This document shows, piece by piece, positions 10,296 through 19,412 of a stretch of DNA of 64,000 bases (positions are counted from its first letter, which is position 1; each line of letters starts with the position of its first letter). The DNA comes from Gemmatimonadales bacterium (GTDB lineage: Bacteria > Gemmatimonadota > Gemmatimonadetes > Gemmatimonadales > GWC2-71-9). Where the stretch lies: positions 76,131 through 140,130 of the forward strand of contig JBFJCP010000006.1 of assembly GCA_041615815.1 (NCBI GenBank), read 5' to 3'. A program made the translations under genes and the position numbers. Under the pieces are notes generated by a model. The model saw only the letters and a list, made by a program, of their open reading frames with translations. It searched no databases and was not told where the DNA came from.

Positions 10296-11986
10296 GATCC
10301 ACTCCCGGCTGCTGCCTGGGAGGGTGTGGGACCGATGGGGGAGCGTGCCTGTTCCTGACTGGTGGGGTGTCCAGGCGTGGCGTTGGGAAGTTCGACCGTC
10401 AGGCGAGCACCTCCCCCTGGCGCGGTTTCGGCCCACGCCCGTCCACCGTGCAATGTGGCCAGTTCTCGTACCACCGACAGACCGATCCCCGTGCCCGCCA
10501 CCGCCGCCGTGCGCTCGCGGTCCACACGCGCAAACCGATCCCACACACGCTCACGATCACCCTCGGGAATTCCCGGACCTTGGTCCTCGACCCACAGATG
10601 GGCCATCCCGTCCCGTAGACTGAGCCCAACGGTGACGGTCTGTGCTGCAGGACCATATTTCACGGCATTGTCCAGTAGGTTGAGCAGCATCTGCTTGACC
10701 GCTCCCCGGTCCACCGGTGCGTCAACCTCGTTCACGATGTTCGTGTGAAAGCGGATCTCGCTGGATTCCGCAATCGGCGCGAAGAGGTCCACCGCCTCCC
10801 GTATCAACGGAGCGAGTGCCGTCTGTTCGGGAGCGACCCTCGCGATTCGTCGTTCCGCGCGCGAAAACTGCAGCACGTTCTCGACGAGATGAGTCAGGCG
10901 ACGAGCTTCCTTATCGATGATGCTAAGAGAACGTCGTTTCTCGTGCTCCGACCGGACCCGTCCCAAGAGCAGCGTTTCTGCAAACATTCGGATTTGGGCA
11001 AGCGGTGTTCGCAATTCATGGGAAACGTTCGAGACGAACTCGGTTCTGAGCCGGGCCAGCTCGTGTTCTCTGCGCACTTGGAGTAGGGCGATCGCGATGA
11101 GCCCGGCCGTGAGCAGCAGCAGACCCATAATGAAGCGGAAGCGGGCCTGGGGCAGACCGCCGTGTATGAGTCCCTCTGCCGCGGCCGGTCGCAGCGCGAT
11201 GTGGGTCGAGATACCGCCCAGCCGGGCATCAGCGTCGGCACGTGCCGCAAATGTCGCTACCGGTACGCTATCGGCATGTGATGCATACAGAACGTTCCCC
11301 CCTGCATCGAGGAGACGCACGACCACCAGAGAGTCCCCATCGATACCGCGAAGCAGGGACGGTGGCAGCAACGGTTCCCGCCGAACCGAGGCACCCAACA
11401 GCGAGCTGGCGCTATCGGCATCCAACTCGAACCCATACGCGGTCACGGGGTCTCCCGCGGCATCCCGTTCGACGGCGTATACGAACACCCCGCGATTCGG
11501 GCCTGGCCGGATGAGCACCGCCGAGCGCCACTCGCTGTCGAATACATCGGTGACGTGTGGCGGAAGCGTGTCCTCGAGCCAGCTCGCGAGCGGGCTCGGG
11601 AGCGCGCTGGCGTTGGCCAGGGTTCTGGATGGGAATTCGAAGCGGAAGACGTAGCGTACGGCGGCGAGCGCAGCACGCTCATATCCGGCCGCTCCTTCGG
11701 GCAACGCCTCCGGAGCGGGCAGCGCCGTCCCGAGGACACCCACCTTGAGATCGTCCAACGTTCGGAAGACGGGATAGAAACCGTAGTACTCGAAGTCTCG
11801 GGCGATGCGCTGAGCGGACTCCTCGGCAGCGGCGCGAGCGTAGTCGTTGAGGATCTGTACGGCCGTGGTCCGGTGATAGAGGTCGGACGCTATGGCCTGA
11901 AACGCCAGCATCGCGGCGAGTGCCAGCGCCGACAGCAGGAGCACGACGATGGACCGTGAACGTGGCTTCGGTGTCTTCGAAAGCAT
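10292..11986 (-). CDS. Sensor histidine kinase
   Basis: Two TM segments around a periplasmic region; SHELRTPL H-box, NLLDNAVKY, DQGPGI, GTGIGL. Confidence 0.95.
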   Translation of the reverse strand: MLSKTPKPRSRSIVVLLLSALALAAMLAFQAIASDLYHRTTAVQILNDYARAAAEESAQRIARDFEYYGFYPVFRTLDDLKVGVLGTALPAPEALPEGAAGYERAALAAVRYVFRFEFPSRTLANASALPSPLASWLEDTLPPHVTDVFDSEWRSAVLIRPGPNRGVFVYAVERDAAGDPVTAYGFELDADSASSLLGASVRREPLLPPSLLRGIDGDSLVVVRLLDAGGNVLYASHADSVPVATFAARADADARLGGISTHIALRPAAAEGLIHGGLPQARFRFIMGLLLLTAGLIAIALLQVRREHELARLRTEFVSNVSHELRTPLAQIRMFAETLLLGRVRSEHEKRRSLSIIDKEARRLTHLVENVLQFSRAERRIARVAPEQTALAPLIREAVDLFAPIAESSEIRFHTNIVNEVDAPVDRGAVKQMLLNLLDNAVKYGPAAQTVTVGLSLRDGMAHLWVEDQGPGIPEGDRERVWDRFARVDRERTAAVAGTGIGLSVVRELATLHGGRAWAETAPGGGARLTVELPNATPGHPTSQEQARSPIGPTPSQAAAGSGS

Positions 11987-12175
11987 CGATCAAACGCCTG
12001 AGACGATCCGTGTTCGTAACGAAGGAAGTTTGGGACCGTCCCGGGTGCGGAACAAGCGTGCCCCGCCATTGGTGGTGAGTTCTAACAACTTCCTGACAGT
12101 TCGAGAAGCGCCGGCAACCCGAGGCCACCCCTCCGCCGACGGAGGAGGGGTGGGTCGACATGCCGCCGGTGGCAG

Positions 12176-13570
12176 CTAATTCCCGTACTGGTTGGCGATG
12201 TCAGACAGCTTGGCCTCGAGCTCGGTCCGTGGGAGCCACTTCCCATGCAGCATGACCCCAGTGGGGTCCCCCACGTTACCCACGTTCTCCAACGGATTGG
12301 CATCGAGCAGCACGAGGTCCGCCCGCTTGCCGGGTGCGACCGTTCCCTGCTCGTCCTGCACACCGAAAAAGGCTGCCACATTACGGGTCCCCGTCACAAG
12401 GGCGTCGTACGGGGTGAGTCCGGCCGCCACCATGGCCTCCAACTCACGCCTGATTGAAAAGCCGGGCACGTTCCAGATCTGTGGGGCGTCCGACCCCAGC
12501 AGCAGGCCAGCTCCCCCTTCGTATAGAGCCTTCAGAAGCTCTCGGCGAACCTCGATGAAGCCGTCGAGCGTCGCCCGTGGCGGAGCTTGGGCGAGCCAGT
12601 CCCGCGTGCGATTCATCCATGATTCCCGCACTCGCGGGGGCATGTACTTCATTTCCGGCCATGCGGCGCGGGACTCGGCGCTCTCGCTGCTCGCGAAGGC
12701 CTCCATCAAGGTCTGCGTCGGCACGTTCCACACTTCGGCCGCCCGCGTATCGGCCACCACCGTGGGAATCTTCGAGTGGTCTACGTGAGGCGCCAAGTTG
12801 GCCCCGAAGAAGCCACCGGCGGATGCGTCCACGCTGGTGTTGTCGGCGAGCAGCACCTCCATATACCCATCGAGGTGGTCGATGGACGCGTACCGGGCGG
12901 CCAGAGCCCGCATCAGACCTACGTCGCTCGGCACGTGGCCCGAGAACGTGAACTCCATTCGATCCGCTACCGCGTCCAGCGTGTCGAACACCGCTCTGGA
13001 CAACCCGGGATGAATCTTGATGAAGTCATACCCGGCACGCTTCTGCTCCGTGACCGCCTGTCGCGCCGCCTGAGTTGTTGCAACGGAGTTCCCGTTCACC
13101 GAAGGACCCGAGGTCCACAGGCGCGGACCCAAGACCTCACCCTTGGCGATCTCCTCGCGGAGTGTGAGATGCGCCGGATGGCCCAACATCCCTCGGATCG
13201 TTGTGATGCCGTTCGCCACATAGAGGAATAGAACCTCGTGGGCGTAGTCCATCGTGCCGCTTTGCGGTGACGGGACGTGGGCGTGCATTTCTGCGAGGCC
13301 GGGAATCAAGTATCTGCCCGTACCGTCGATCCGTGTGGCCTGTGCCGGGACCGTCAACCGCGCGGCTGGTCCCATCTGTTCGATGCATCCGTCCTTGACG
13401 ATCACCGTCATATGCTCGAGCGTCCGATTCCGATCCAGCGGAATCACCGTGACATCGACGAATGCGTACATCCCCTTGTACGGGCCGGGGGCGCAAACCT
13501 CGGGCGGTGTGACGGCAATTCCCGAAGGTGCGCCAGCGAAGCTGAGCATGAGGGCGAGTGTGACGGACAC
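12176..13570 (-). CDS. Amidohydrolase-family protein, probably exported
   Basis: LIPGLAEMHAH, NGITTIR, FIKIH, GSDAP, GKRADLVLL. GTG start after GAGAGG. Confidence 0.9.
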   Translation of the reverse strand: MSVTLALMLSFAGAPSGIAVTPPEVCAPGPYKGMYAFVDVTVIPLDRNRTLEHMTVIVKDGCIEQMGPAARLTVPAQATRIDGTGRYLIPGLAEMHAHVPSPQSGTMDYAHEVLFLYVANGITTIRGMLGHPAHLTLREEIAKGEVLGPRLWTSGPSVNGNSVATTQAARQAVTEQKRAGYDFIKIHPGLSRAVFDTLDAVADRMEFTFSGHVPSDVGLMRALAARYASIDHLDGYMEVLLADNTSVDASAGGFFGANLAPHVDHSKIPTVVADTRAAEVWNVPTQTLMEAFASSESAESRAAWPEMKYMPPRVRESWMNRTRDWLAQAPPRATLDGFIEVRRELLKALYEGGAGLLLGSDAPQIWNVPGFSIRRELEAMVAAGLTPYDALVTGTRNVAAFFGVQDEQGTVAPGKRADLVLLDANPLENVGNVGDPTGVMLHGKWLPRTELEAKLSDIANQYGN

Positions 13571-13622
13571 GAGGCACCTCTCAGAGATGAATTGGTTCGG
13601 GAGCTGTCTGCAGAGTGTGTAT

Positions 13623-15140
13623 TTAACCCTCGTTGGCGGTCTCGCGTTCCCTCGTCCGCATCGATGCCATGAGCTGGGACGTGTTCGCTGGCGCATTCGT
13701 CATCCGACTCACCGCGAGGGTTACCAGGAGGGCAGCGAAGAACCCAGGGATGAGTTCGTAGAGGAGCGGCGATAGTACCGGGCTTGCTTTCCACACGATC
13801 GTCACGGCGGTTCCCGTGAGCAAGCCGGCGATAACGCCTGCTCGCGTGGTCCCCCGCCAAAACAGAGCTAATAGGGACGTGGGGCCGATGGCAGCGCCCA
13901 ACCCAGCCCAGGCGAAGAGCACGAGCCAGAAGACGATGTCGGTGGCTCGCATGCCGAGCACCAGTGCAACCACCACGAGTACGACCACGACAACACGACT
14001 GTAGAGCACGAGGCGGCGTTGCGACAGGGCGCGACCGCGTCCGAGAACCTGTTCATATACGTCCCGCACGACACTGGATGCGGCGACGAGCAGCTGGGAG
14101 TCCGCGGTCGACATGATCGCCGCAAAGATCGAGGCCACGACGATCCCAAAGAGGATTGGGTGTAAGTGTTGTTGTGCCAAGAGGGGATAGAGGTTTTCGG
14201 TATCGGCGGCCGGCAGCATGGCCACGTCTGGGAAGTAGACGCGGCCCGCGAGCCCTACGAAGAGCGCTCCCCATCCCATGACGACGTTCCAGACGGTGCC
14301 AACGACCGCCGCATAGCGGAGCTGATCCGCGTCGCGAATCGACATGTAACGCACAATGATGTGCGGATTGCCGGGGGACCCCAGCCCGATGCCCAGGAAC
14401 CCGATGGCGGCACCGATCGCAAGCGCGGTGGGATCCACGAGCGTCGGATCGAGTGTGGTGAGCTCGGCGAGCACCTGACCCAATCCACCGCGGTCCAGCA
14501 CGGCGATAATGGGAAGGACGACCAAGGCCAACATCATGAACATTCCCTGCAGCATGTCGGTGAGGCTGACTGCCAAGAACCCGCCCAAAGTCGTGTAGAC
14601 CAGGACAATGGTGGCGGTGACGATGATGCCCGTGGTCTGGTTCAGCCCGAAGCTCGCTGCAAAGGCTTTCCCCCCGCCCACGAATTGCGCCGCAACGTAG
14701 GCCACCATGAACACGGTCATGATGAGAGCGAGCAAGGTTCGGAGCAAACCATTCCCATCTCCGAACCGGGCGGCGTAGAAATCAGGCAGCGTGATACAGT
14801 CATAGGCCTCGCTGAAGCGACGCAGACGACCTGCATAGAAGAGGAATAGGAACAGTTCGGCCACCGTGTAGCCGGTAACCGCCCAGACCGCCGACGCGCC
14901 CATGGAGTACGCCATTCCAGTGACTCCCAACAACAGCCATGCACTTCGCCCCGATACGACCGCCGAGAGGGCAACGACGAACCGGTGCATCTTCCTGCCG
15001 CCGACGAAGAACTCGCGCACTCCGGAGGACGAGAAGCGCGTGGCGTAGGCGCCGATCCCCACGATGATCACGAGATATCCGATGAATGCCGCGACGGCGT
15101 ATCCACTCGTTTGGACCGCAGGGGCTACGGTTTCCTGCAC
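13623..15140 (-). CDS. putP: Sodium/proline symporter (SSS family)
   Basis: FFVGGR, ALSAVVSGRSAWLLLG, GGFLAVSLTD, GNPHIIVRYM, AAIMSTADSQLL. Confidence 0.88.
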   Translation of the reverse strand: MQETVAPAVQTSGYAVAAFIGYLVIIVGIGAYATRFSSSGVREFFVGGRKMHRFVVALSAVVSGRSAWLLLGVTGMAYSMGASAVWAVTGYTVAELFLFLFYAGRLRRFSEAYDCITLPDFYAARFGDGNGLLRTLLALIMTVFMVAYVAAQFVGGGKAFAASFGLNQTTGIIVTATIVLVYTTLGGFLAVSLTDMLQGMFMMLALVVLPIIAVLDRGGLGQVLAELTTLDPTLVDPTALAIGAAIGFLGIGLGSPGNPHIIVRYMSIRDADQLRYAAVVGTVWNVVMGWGALFVGLAGRVYFPDVAMLPAADTENLYPLLAQQHLHPILFGIVVASIFAAIMSTADSQLLVAASSVVRDVYEQVLGRGRALSQRRLVLYSRVVVVVLVVVALVLGMRATDIVFWLVLFAWAGLGAAIGPTSLLALFWRGTTRAGVIAGLLTGTAVTIVWKASPVLSPLLYELIPGFFAALLVTLAVSRMTNAPANTSQLMASMRTRERETANEG

Positions 15141-15229
15141 TAGTGGGACTTCTTTCCAGTGGCACGAGCGAGGATCACCGCCGCGGCGATGATGATGGCT
15201 GGGAGACCGAACATGGCGAGATAGAACAT
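15140..15229 (-). CDS. Small single-TM protein (29 aa) coupled to putP
   Basis: Hand-translated MFYLAMFGLPAIIIAAAVILARATGKKSH*. Its TAG overlaps the putP GTG (TAGTG). Confidence 0.55.
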   Translation of the reverse strand: MFYLAMFGLPAIIIAAAVILARATGKKSH

Positions 15230-15259
15230 ATGTGTCGGGTGGCGCTGGTCTGTGGATGT

Positions 15260-15300
15260 TTGACGGACAACCGCCGGCAGAGAATCTTAGCGTTCTCTGC
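15260..15300 (+). promoter_or_regulatory. Candidate sigma70 promoter overlapped by an inverted repeat (possible operator)
   Basis: TTGACG-17-AATCTT; GCAGAGAA-N8-TTCTCTGC inverted repeat at 15277-15300 between divergent genes. Confidence 0.4.
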
Positions 15301-15385
15301 AATTCCCACTAGGGTGGTGCGCCACCTCGCTCCTCATGGTATTCACGAGAGGAACGCGACACCTCAGATCCGGAACCGAGAGACC

Positions 15386-16372
15386 CTGTCACCGATTCGA
15401 ATTCTCCCAGCGGCCGTCGTTCACGACGCCCTCCGCATGCCCGCCGCTATCGACGCGATGCGCGACGCCTTTGGACAGTTGTCGATGGGTGAAGCGACGT
15501 TGCCGCTCAGAACGACGGTGTCGATCCCGGAGCGAAACGCGGTGACGCTTGTGATGCCTGCGCGGTGTCGTGTTCCCTTGGGGTTGGGTGGCAAGTTCGT
15601 CTCGGTGTTCCCGGAGAACACGTCGCGAGGGCTTCCGCTGATACACGCGGCCATCATCCTACTCAGCCCCGAAACTGGCGAAGTGCGTGCACTCGTGGAT
15701 GGGACCGTGCTCACGGCCATTCGGACCGGAGCGGCCAGCGGGTTAGCTACCGAGCTACTCGCCAGGCCCGACGCGACCCGCCTCGCCGTCATCGGGGCAG
15801 GCACGCAGGCCCGGACTCAGCTCCAGGCCGTTTGTTGCGTGCGGACGATCTCCCACGTGACCGTGTACTCTCGTACGCAAGGTCGGGCCAGGCGATTCGC
15901 CACGGAGATGGCCGGACAAGGTGGCATCCCAACGGTCGAGGTGGTCATGAGCGCCCGGGCCGCCGTCCACGAGGCGGACGTCGTGTGCGTCGCGACGACC
16001 TCCAACACCCCCGTCCTTCAAGCGGAAGACATCCCCGCTGGTTGCCACGTGAATGCCGTTGGCTCGTATACGCCGGCGATGGTCGAGCTGGACCCAGTGT
16101 TGCTGGGTCGGTCTCGCGTGTTCGTGGATCAACGCGAGGCCGCCCTGGCGGAGGCTGGGGAGCTGATCGTTGCCGTTGCGGATGGGACGATTCGCCAGAC
16201 CGACCTCCTCGAGCTGGGCGAGGTCGTTCGCGGCGCCGCCGCCGGACGCACTGCCCGGGATCAGGTGACGGTTTTCAAGTCCGTCGGCGTGGCAACCCAG
16301 GATTTGTGCGCGGCGGACCGAGCAGTTCAGGAGGCGGAGCGGTTGGGGCTGGGCGTTGTGGTCGAGTGGTGA
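15386..16372 (+). CDS. Ornithine cyclodeaminase/mu-crystallin family protein
   Basis: LTAIRTGAASG, VIGAGTQA, HVNAVGS, FKSVGVATQD. Start uncertain (CTG 15386, GTG 15314 or ATG 15437). Confidence 0.88.
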   Translation: MSPIRILPAAVVHDALRMPAAIDAMRDAFGQLSMGEATLPLRTTVSIPERNAVTLVMPARCRVPLGLGGKFVSVFPENTSRGLPLIHAAIILLSPETGEVRALVDGTVLTAIRTGAASGLATELLARPDATRLAVIGAGTQARTQLQAVCCVRTISHVTVYSRTQGRARRFATEMAGQGGIPTVEVVMSARAAVHEADVVCVATTSNTPVLQAEDIPAGCHVNAVGSYTPAMVELDPVLLGRSRVFVDQREAALAEAGELIVAVADGTIRQTDLLELGEVVRGAAAGRTARDQVTVFKSVGVATQDLCAADRAVQEAERLGLGVVVEW

Positions 16373-16381
16373 GATTGCGTA

Positions 16382-17209
16382 TTACGCCATCTCGTCGACA
16401 AACGCCCCCGCCGTCTTGGGACGCTTCCGGGGGTTTTTCTCCAACGCATGATGGACCGCTCGCTCGACCTCGGCGGGTACATCGCGCCGCACGACGCAGA
16501 GGGAGGGAGGCGGCTGCCGCACGTGACGCGCCATGATGGCCTGCGCCGTGCGCCCGGTGAACGGTGGCTCACCGATCAACATCTCGTAGACCACGCACGC
16601 GAGCGAATAGATGTCACTCCGGCTGTCGATCTTGGAATCACCGGCTGCCTGTTCGGGGCTCATATAGTGCGGGGTGCCCAGTACAATGCCGCTCGAAGAG
16701 AGTCGCTCGCCGCCTGCCTTCACCACTGCCCGGGCCACACCAAAATCACAAACCTTCGCGCCGCCACCCTCGAACATGATGTTCTCGGGCTTGATATCCC
16801 GGTGGATGACGTTCTTCATGTGTGCGTAGTCGAGGGCAGAGGCGACATCCCGTGAGACAGCCACTGTATGCTGGAGCGAGAGCGTCTGTTCGCGGTCCAA
16901 GAGCGCCCGCAGTGAAGCGCCCTCTGCGTACGGCATCACATAATAGATGAGCGAACCGGCTTCCTGAGAGGCAATCAGCGGAAGAATGTTGGGGTGATCC
17001 AACTCGCCGAGGATCTTGATCTCGCGGTGGAACCGGTGACCCACCAGCGTCGCGCCAAACTCGGGATGCAGTACCTTGATCGCGACCCGCTCACCAGTTT
17101 CCGCGCAACAAGCCCGGAACACGGTCGCCATCCCACCATGGCCGACGACCTTTTCCACCGAATACTGCCCAGACAGTGCCTTCCGAACGGTCTCGATGTC
17201 GAGCGCCAC
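16382..17209 (-). CDS. Hanks-type Ser/Thr protein kinase, catalytic domain only
   Basis: GHGGMATV, VAIKVL, HRDIKPEN, DFG, GTPHYMSPEQ. Confidence 0.95.
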   Translation of the reverse strand: MALDIETVRKALSGQYSVEKVVGHGGMATVFRACCAETGERVAIKVLHPEFGATLVGHRFHREIKILGELDHPNILPLIASQEAGSLIYYVMPYAEGASLRALLDREQTLSLQHTVAVSRDVASALDYAHMKNVIHRDIKPENIMFEGGGAKVCDFGVARAVVKAGGERLSSSGIVLGTPHYMSPEQAAGDSKIDSRSDIYSLACVVYEMLIGEPPFTGRTAQAIMARHVRQPPPSLCVVRRDVPAEVERAVHHALEKNPRKRPKTAGAFVDEMA

Positions 17210-17253
17210 CAGTGAAGCATACCGCCGCGATGAGAAAGCGACCAGGGTGCAAA

Positions 17254-17331
17254 GAGCGTGAGGGTTAAGGAGTACGGGGTATCAACGAGCTCCGGTCACC
17301 TCACCTCACCTCACCTCACACCTCACGCTCA
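17254..17331. repeat. Imperfect palindrome containing (TCACC)4 short tandem repeats
   Basis: GAGCGTGAGG at 17254 pairs with CCTCACGCTC at 17321; TCACC x4 plus degenerate copies from 17296. Confidence 0.75.
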
Positions 17332-17337
17332 ATTCCG

Positions 17338-18681
17338 CTATCTCGGAAACGCCACTGGGCTCTCATGTCCGGCCTGACCGACTGCGGCCACGCCAAAGAA
17401 GAAATTATCGATGATCAGCCCCGGAAACGTGAACTCGCGGAGATCTCCCACCCAACGACCGTGATCCCAGGTGGGTGAATCGGTGGCGCGCCAGTAGACC
17501 CGGTATCCAGCCACGTTGGCGGAATCGGCTGGCGGGCCCCAACGGAGCGTTGCCTCGGGCCGCACCGCACCCGAGATCCGAACCTCACGCGGGGGTCCTG
17601 GTGCCCAGGCGAGGGCTGCTAGGGTGGCGGCATTGAGTGCGGTGAGTTTCGCGGCGTAGTGGAAATCCACGCCCTCGATCACATCACCGAAGGCAATACC
17701 GTCTTCCACGCGAATATCCTGGTGCTGCCTGTCGTAGTTCTCGTTGGCCTCCATGATCCTCACGGCGGGGAACCCAACGTCCGCGAATGGCCGATGGTGG
17801 CCACCACGCCCAAACCGGTCCAACCGGTAGATCATGATGATGTCGAGATTTGGGATATACCGGTCTGCGATGCGATCGACATATCGGGCCACCTGACGCG
17901 AGATGCCGTCCACTTCACCACCGGTGAAGCGTCGGCGCCGGCGTTCCTCTTCCGATTCGGTGGGTGGGGTCCCGTCGGAAAACACCCTGGCGGAAGTGTT
18001 GTCGATGATCCCGTTTACGCCCTCGATGTTGCCGATCATATCGTTGTTCAAGACCGCCTCGAGGTGCCACCCGCTGTCCACGGCCATTCGGGCCACGGTC
18101 CGGCCCCCATAAAGGCCCTGCTCTTCGCCGGACAAGCCCAGGTAGACCACCGACCCATTGAAGCGATATCGGCTCAAAATCCGGGCAGCCTCGAGCACGC
18201 CGGCCATCCCACTCGCATTGTCGTTGGCACCGGGGGAGCTGTCGGCGGCGTTCATCGGGTCGGTGATGCGGCTGTCGATATCGCCGCTCATGATTACCAT
18301 GCGGTTTGGATCGCTGGTCCCCCGCTGGACCGCCATGACGTTCACCACGTTGGTGGAGTCCGGGATTCGGCGCCCGGGAGGAAAGACTTCCGATATATAG
18401 CGTACCTCGAGACAGCCACCGCAGGTTTCCGAGATCCGGTCGAATTGGGCCTTGATCCATCGTCGGGCGGCCCCGATGCCTCTGGTGGCCGAGAGCGTGT
18501 CCGAAAGCGTGTGCCGCGTGCCAAACTGGACCAGTGCGCGGATGTCGTGTTCCAGTCGCTCGGGGGACACGGCCTCGACGATCTGGTGAATACGTGGGTC
18601 CTCTGCCGGGGGTACCCTCTGCTGGGCGGAGAGAGCCGGCACGAGGCCCCAGAGGCCCACACACACGATCAAACCACGCAT
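17338..18681 (-). CDS. Exported M28-family metallopeptidase with a C-terminal fibronectin-III-like domain
   Basis: Signal peptide ALSA|QQ; GANDNASG, GEEQGL, NNDMIG; C-terminal LRW...GYRVYWR. Confidence 0.9.
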   Translation of the reverse strand: MRGLIVCVGLWGLVPALSAQQRVPPAEDPRIHQIVEAVSPERLEHDIRALVQFGTRHTLSDTLSATRGIGAARRWIKAQFDRISETCGGCLEVRYISEVFPPGRRIPDSTNVVNVMAVQRGTSDPNRMVIMSGDIDSRITDPMNAADSSPGANDNASGMAGVLEAARILSRYRFNGSVVYLGLSGEEQGLYGGRTVARMAVDSGWHLEAVLNNDMIGNIEGVNGIIDNTSARVFSDGTPPTESEEERRRRRFTGGEVDGISRQVARYVDRIADRYIPNLDIIMIYRLDRFGRGGHHRPFADVGFPAVRIMEANENYDRQHQDIRVEDGIAFGDVIEGVDFHYAAKLTALNAATLAALAWAPGPPREVRISGAVRPEATLRWGPPADSANVAGYRVYWRATDSPTWDHGRWVGDLREFTFPGLIIDNFFFGVAAVGQAGHESPVAFPR

Positions 18682-18730
18682 GGCACGATTCCCTGGTTGA
18701 GTCCGGGGCACGCTACGAACGATCACCGCA

Positions 18731-18758
18731 TTGACGCAAGGGGGAGCGCCCGTAGGTT
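18731..18758 (+). promoter_or_regulatory. Candidate sigma70 promoter
   Basis: TTGACG-16-TAGGTT upstream of the CDS at 18796. Confidence 0.45.
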
Positions 18759-18795
18759 TGTATCGGAACAACTCACTTGCACATGGAGTGGCTCG

Positions 18796-19293
18796 ATGCG
18801 ACGGTCCCGGTTCATCTTGGTTTTCGCGGCGGTCGGTCTCCTGGCCTGCGAACAGGAGATAACCATGAGGGAGCGGGCGGTGGAGGTCGAGGCGGTCGAG
18901 GCTCGGTTCGCCACGTGGGTGCGGCTCATGAACGGCGGTCCCGGCAAGGTCGACAGCCTCCTGGCCATCTACCACAACAGCCCGGGGCTTCGGGTGATGT
19001 GGTCGGACGGGAGTCGCGCGGAAGGGTTCGAGCGCCTCGAAACGGCGGTCAAGGAGTTCTACGGCAGCATCTCGTACATGAACTTCGTTCCGCAGAACCC
19101 TCATTTCGAGGTGATCAATGCCGACGTTGCCGTTTCCACGTTCCGGCACTCCACCGATGTGGTGATGCCTGGGGGCGCCCGACTGCCGGTGGCTTCCGGC
19201 CAGGGCACCTTGGTGTGGCTCAAGGACCATGACGAGGACCTCTGGCAGATCCACGTTCAACAAATGGCGGTGAATAGCGCATCGATGAACTGA
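18796..19293 (+). CDS. NTF2/SnoaL-like fold lipoprotein
   Basis: Lipobox LLAC; helix followed by beta pattern ending GTLVW...WQIHVQQ. Confidence 0.75.
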   Translation: MRRSRFILVFAAVGLLACEQEITMRERAVEVEAVEARFATWVRLMNGGPGKVDSLLAIYHNSPGLRVMWSDGSRAEGFERLETAVKEFYGSISYMNFVPQNPHFEVINADVAVSTFRHSTDVVMPGGARLPVASGQGTLVWLKDHDEDLWQIHVQQMAVNSASMN

Positions 19294-19314
19294 TTCTTCA
19301 CCGAGCGCACGCTG

Positions 19315-19358
19315 CCGCCAGCCTTTGGCCTTGGTGCCGAAGGCTGGCGGATCTATTG
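19315..19358 (+). terminator. Strong hairpin, probable terminator
   Basis: CCGCCAGCCTTTGGC / GCCGAAGGCTGGCGG 15-bp stem with a weak U tail. Confidence 0.5.
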
Positions 19359-19412
19359 TGCGATCCAATGGCACTCCTTATTCTTCCGCAACTCAGTGGC
19401 GGAGGGCCGTGC

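Noticed and set aside
17296..17331. Possible CRISPR array
   Set aside because: The units are 5-nt tandem repeats without spacers, and there are no cas genes.
17659..19374. Long overlapping ORFs 17338..19374 (-) and 17659..19293 (+) as an antisense gene pair
   Set aside because: The real starts are at 18681 (-) and 18796 (+). The extensions are stop-poor GC-rich shadow frames.
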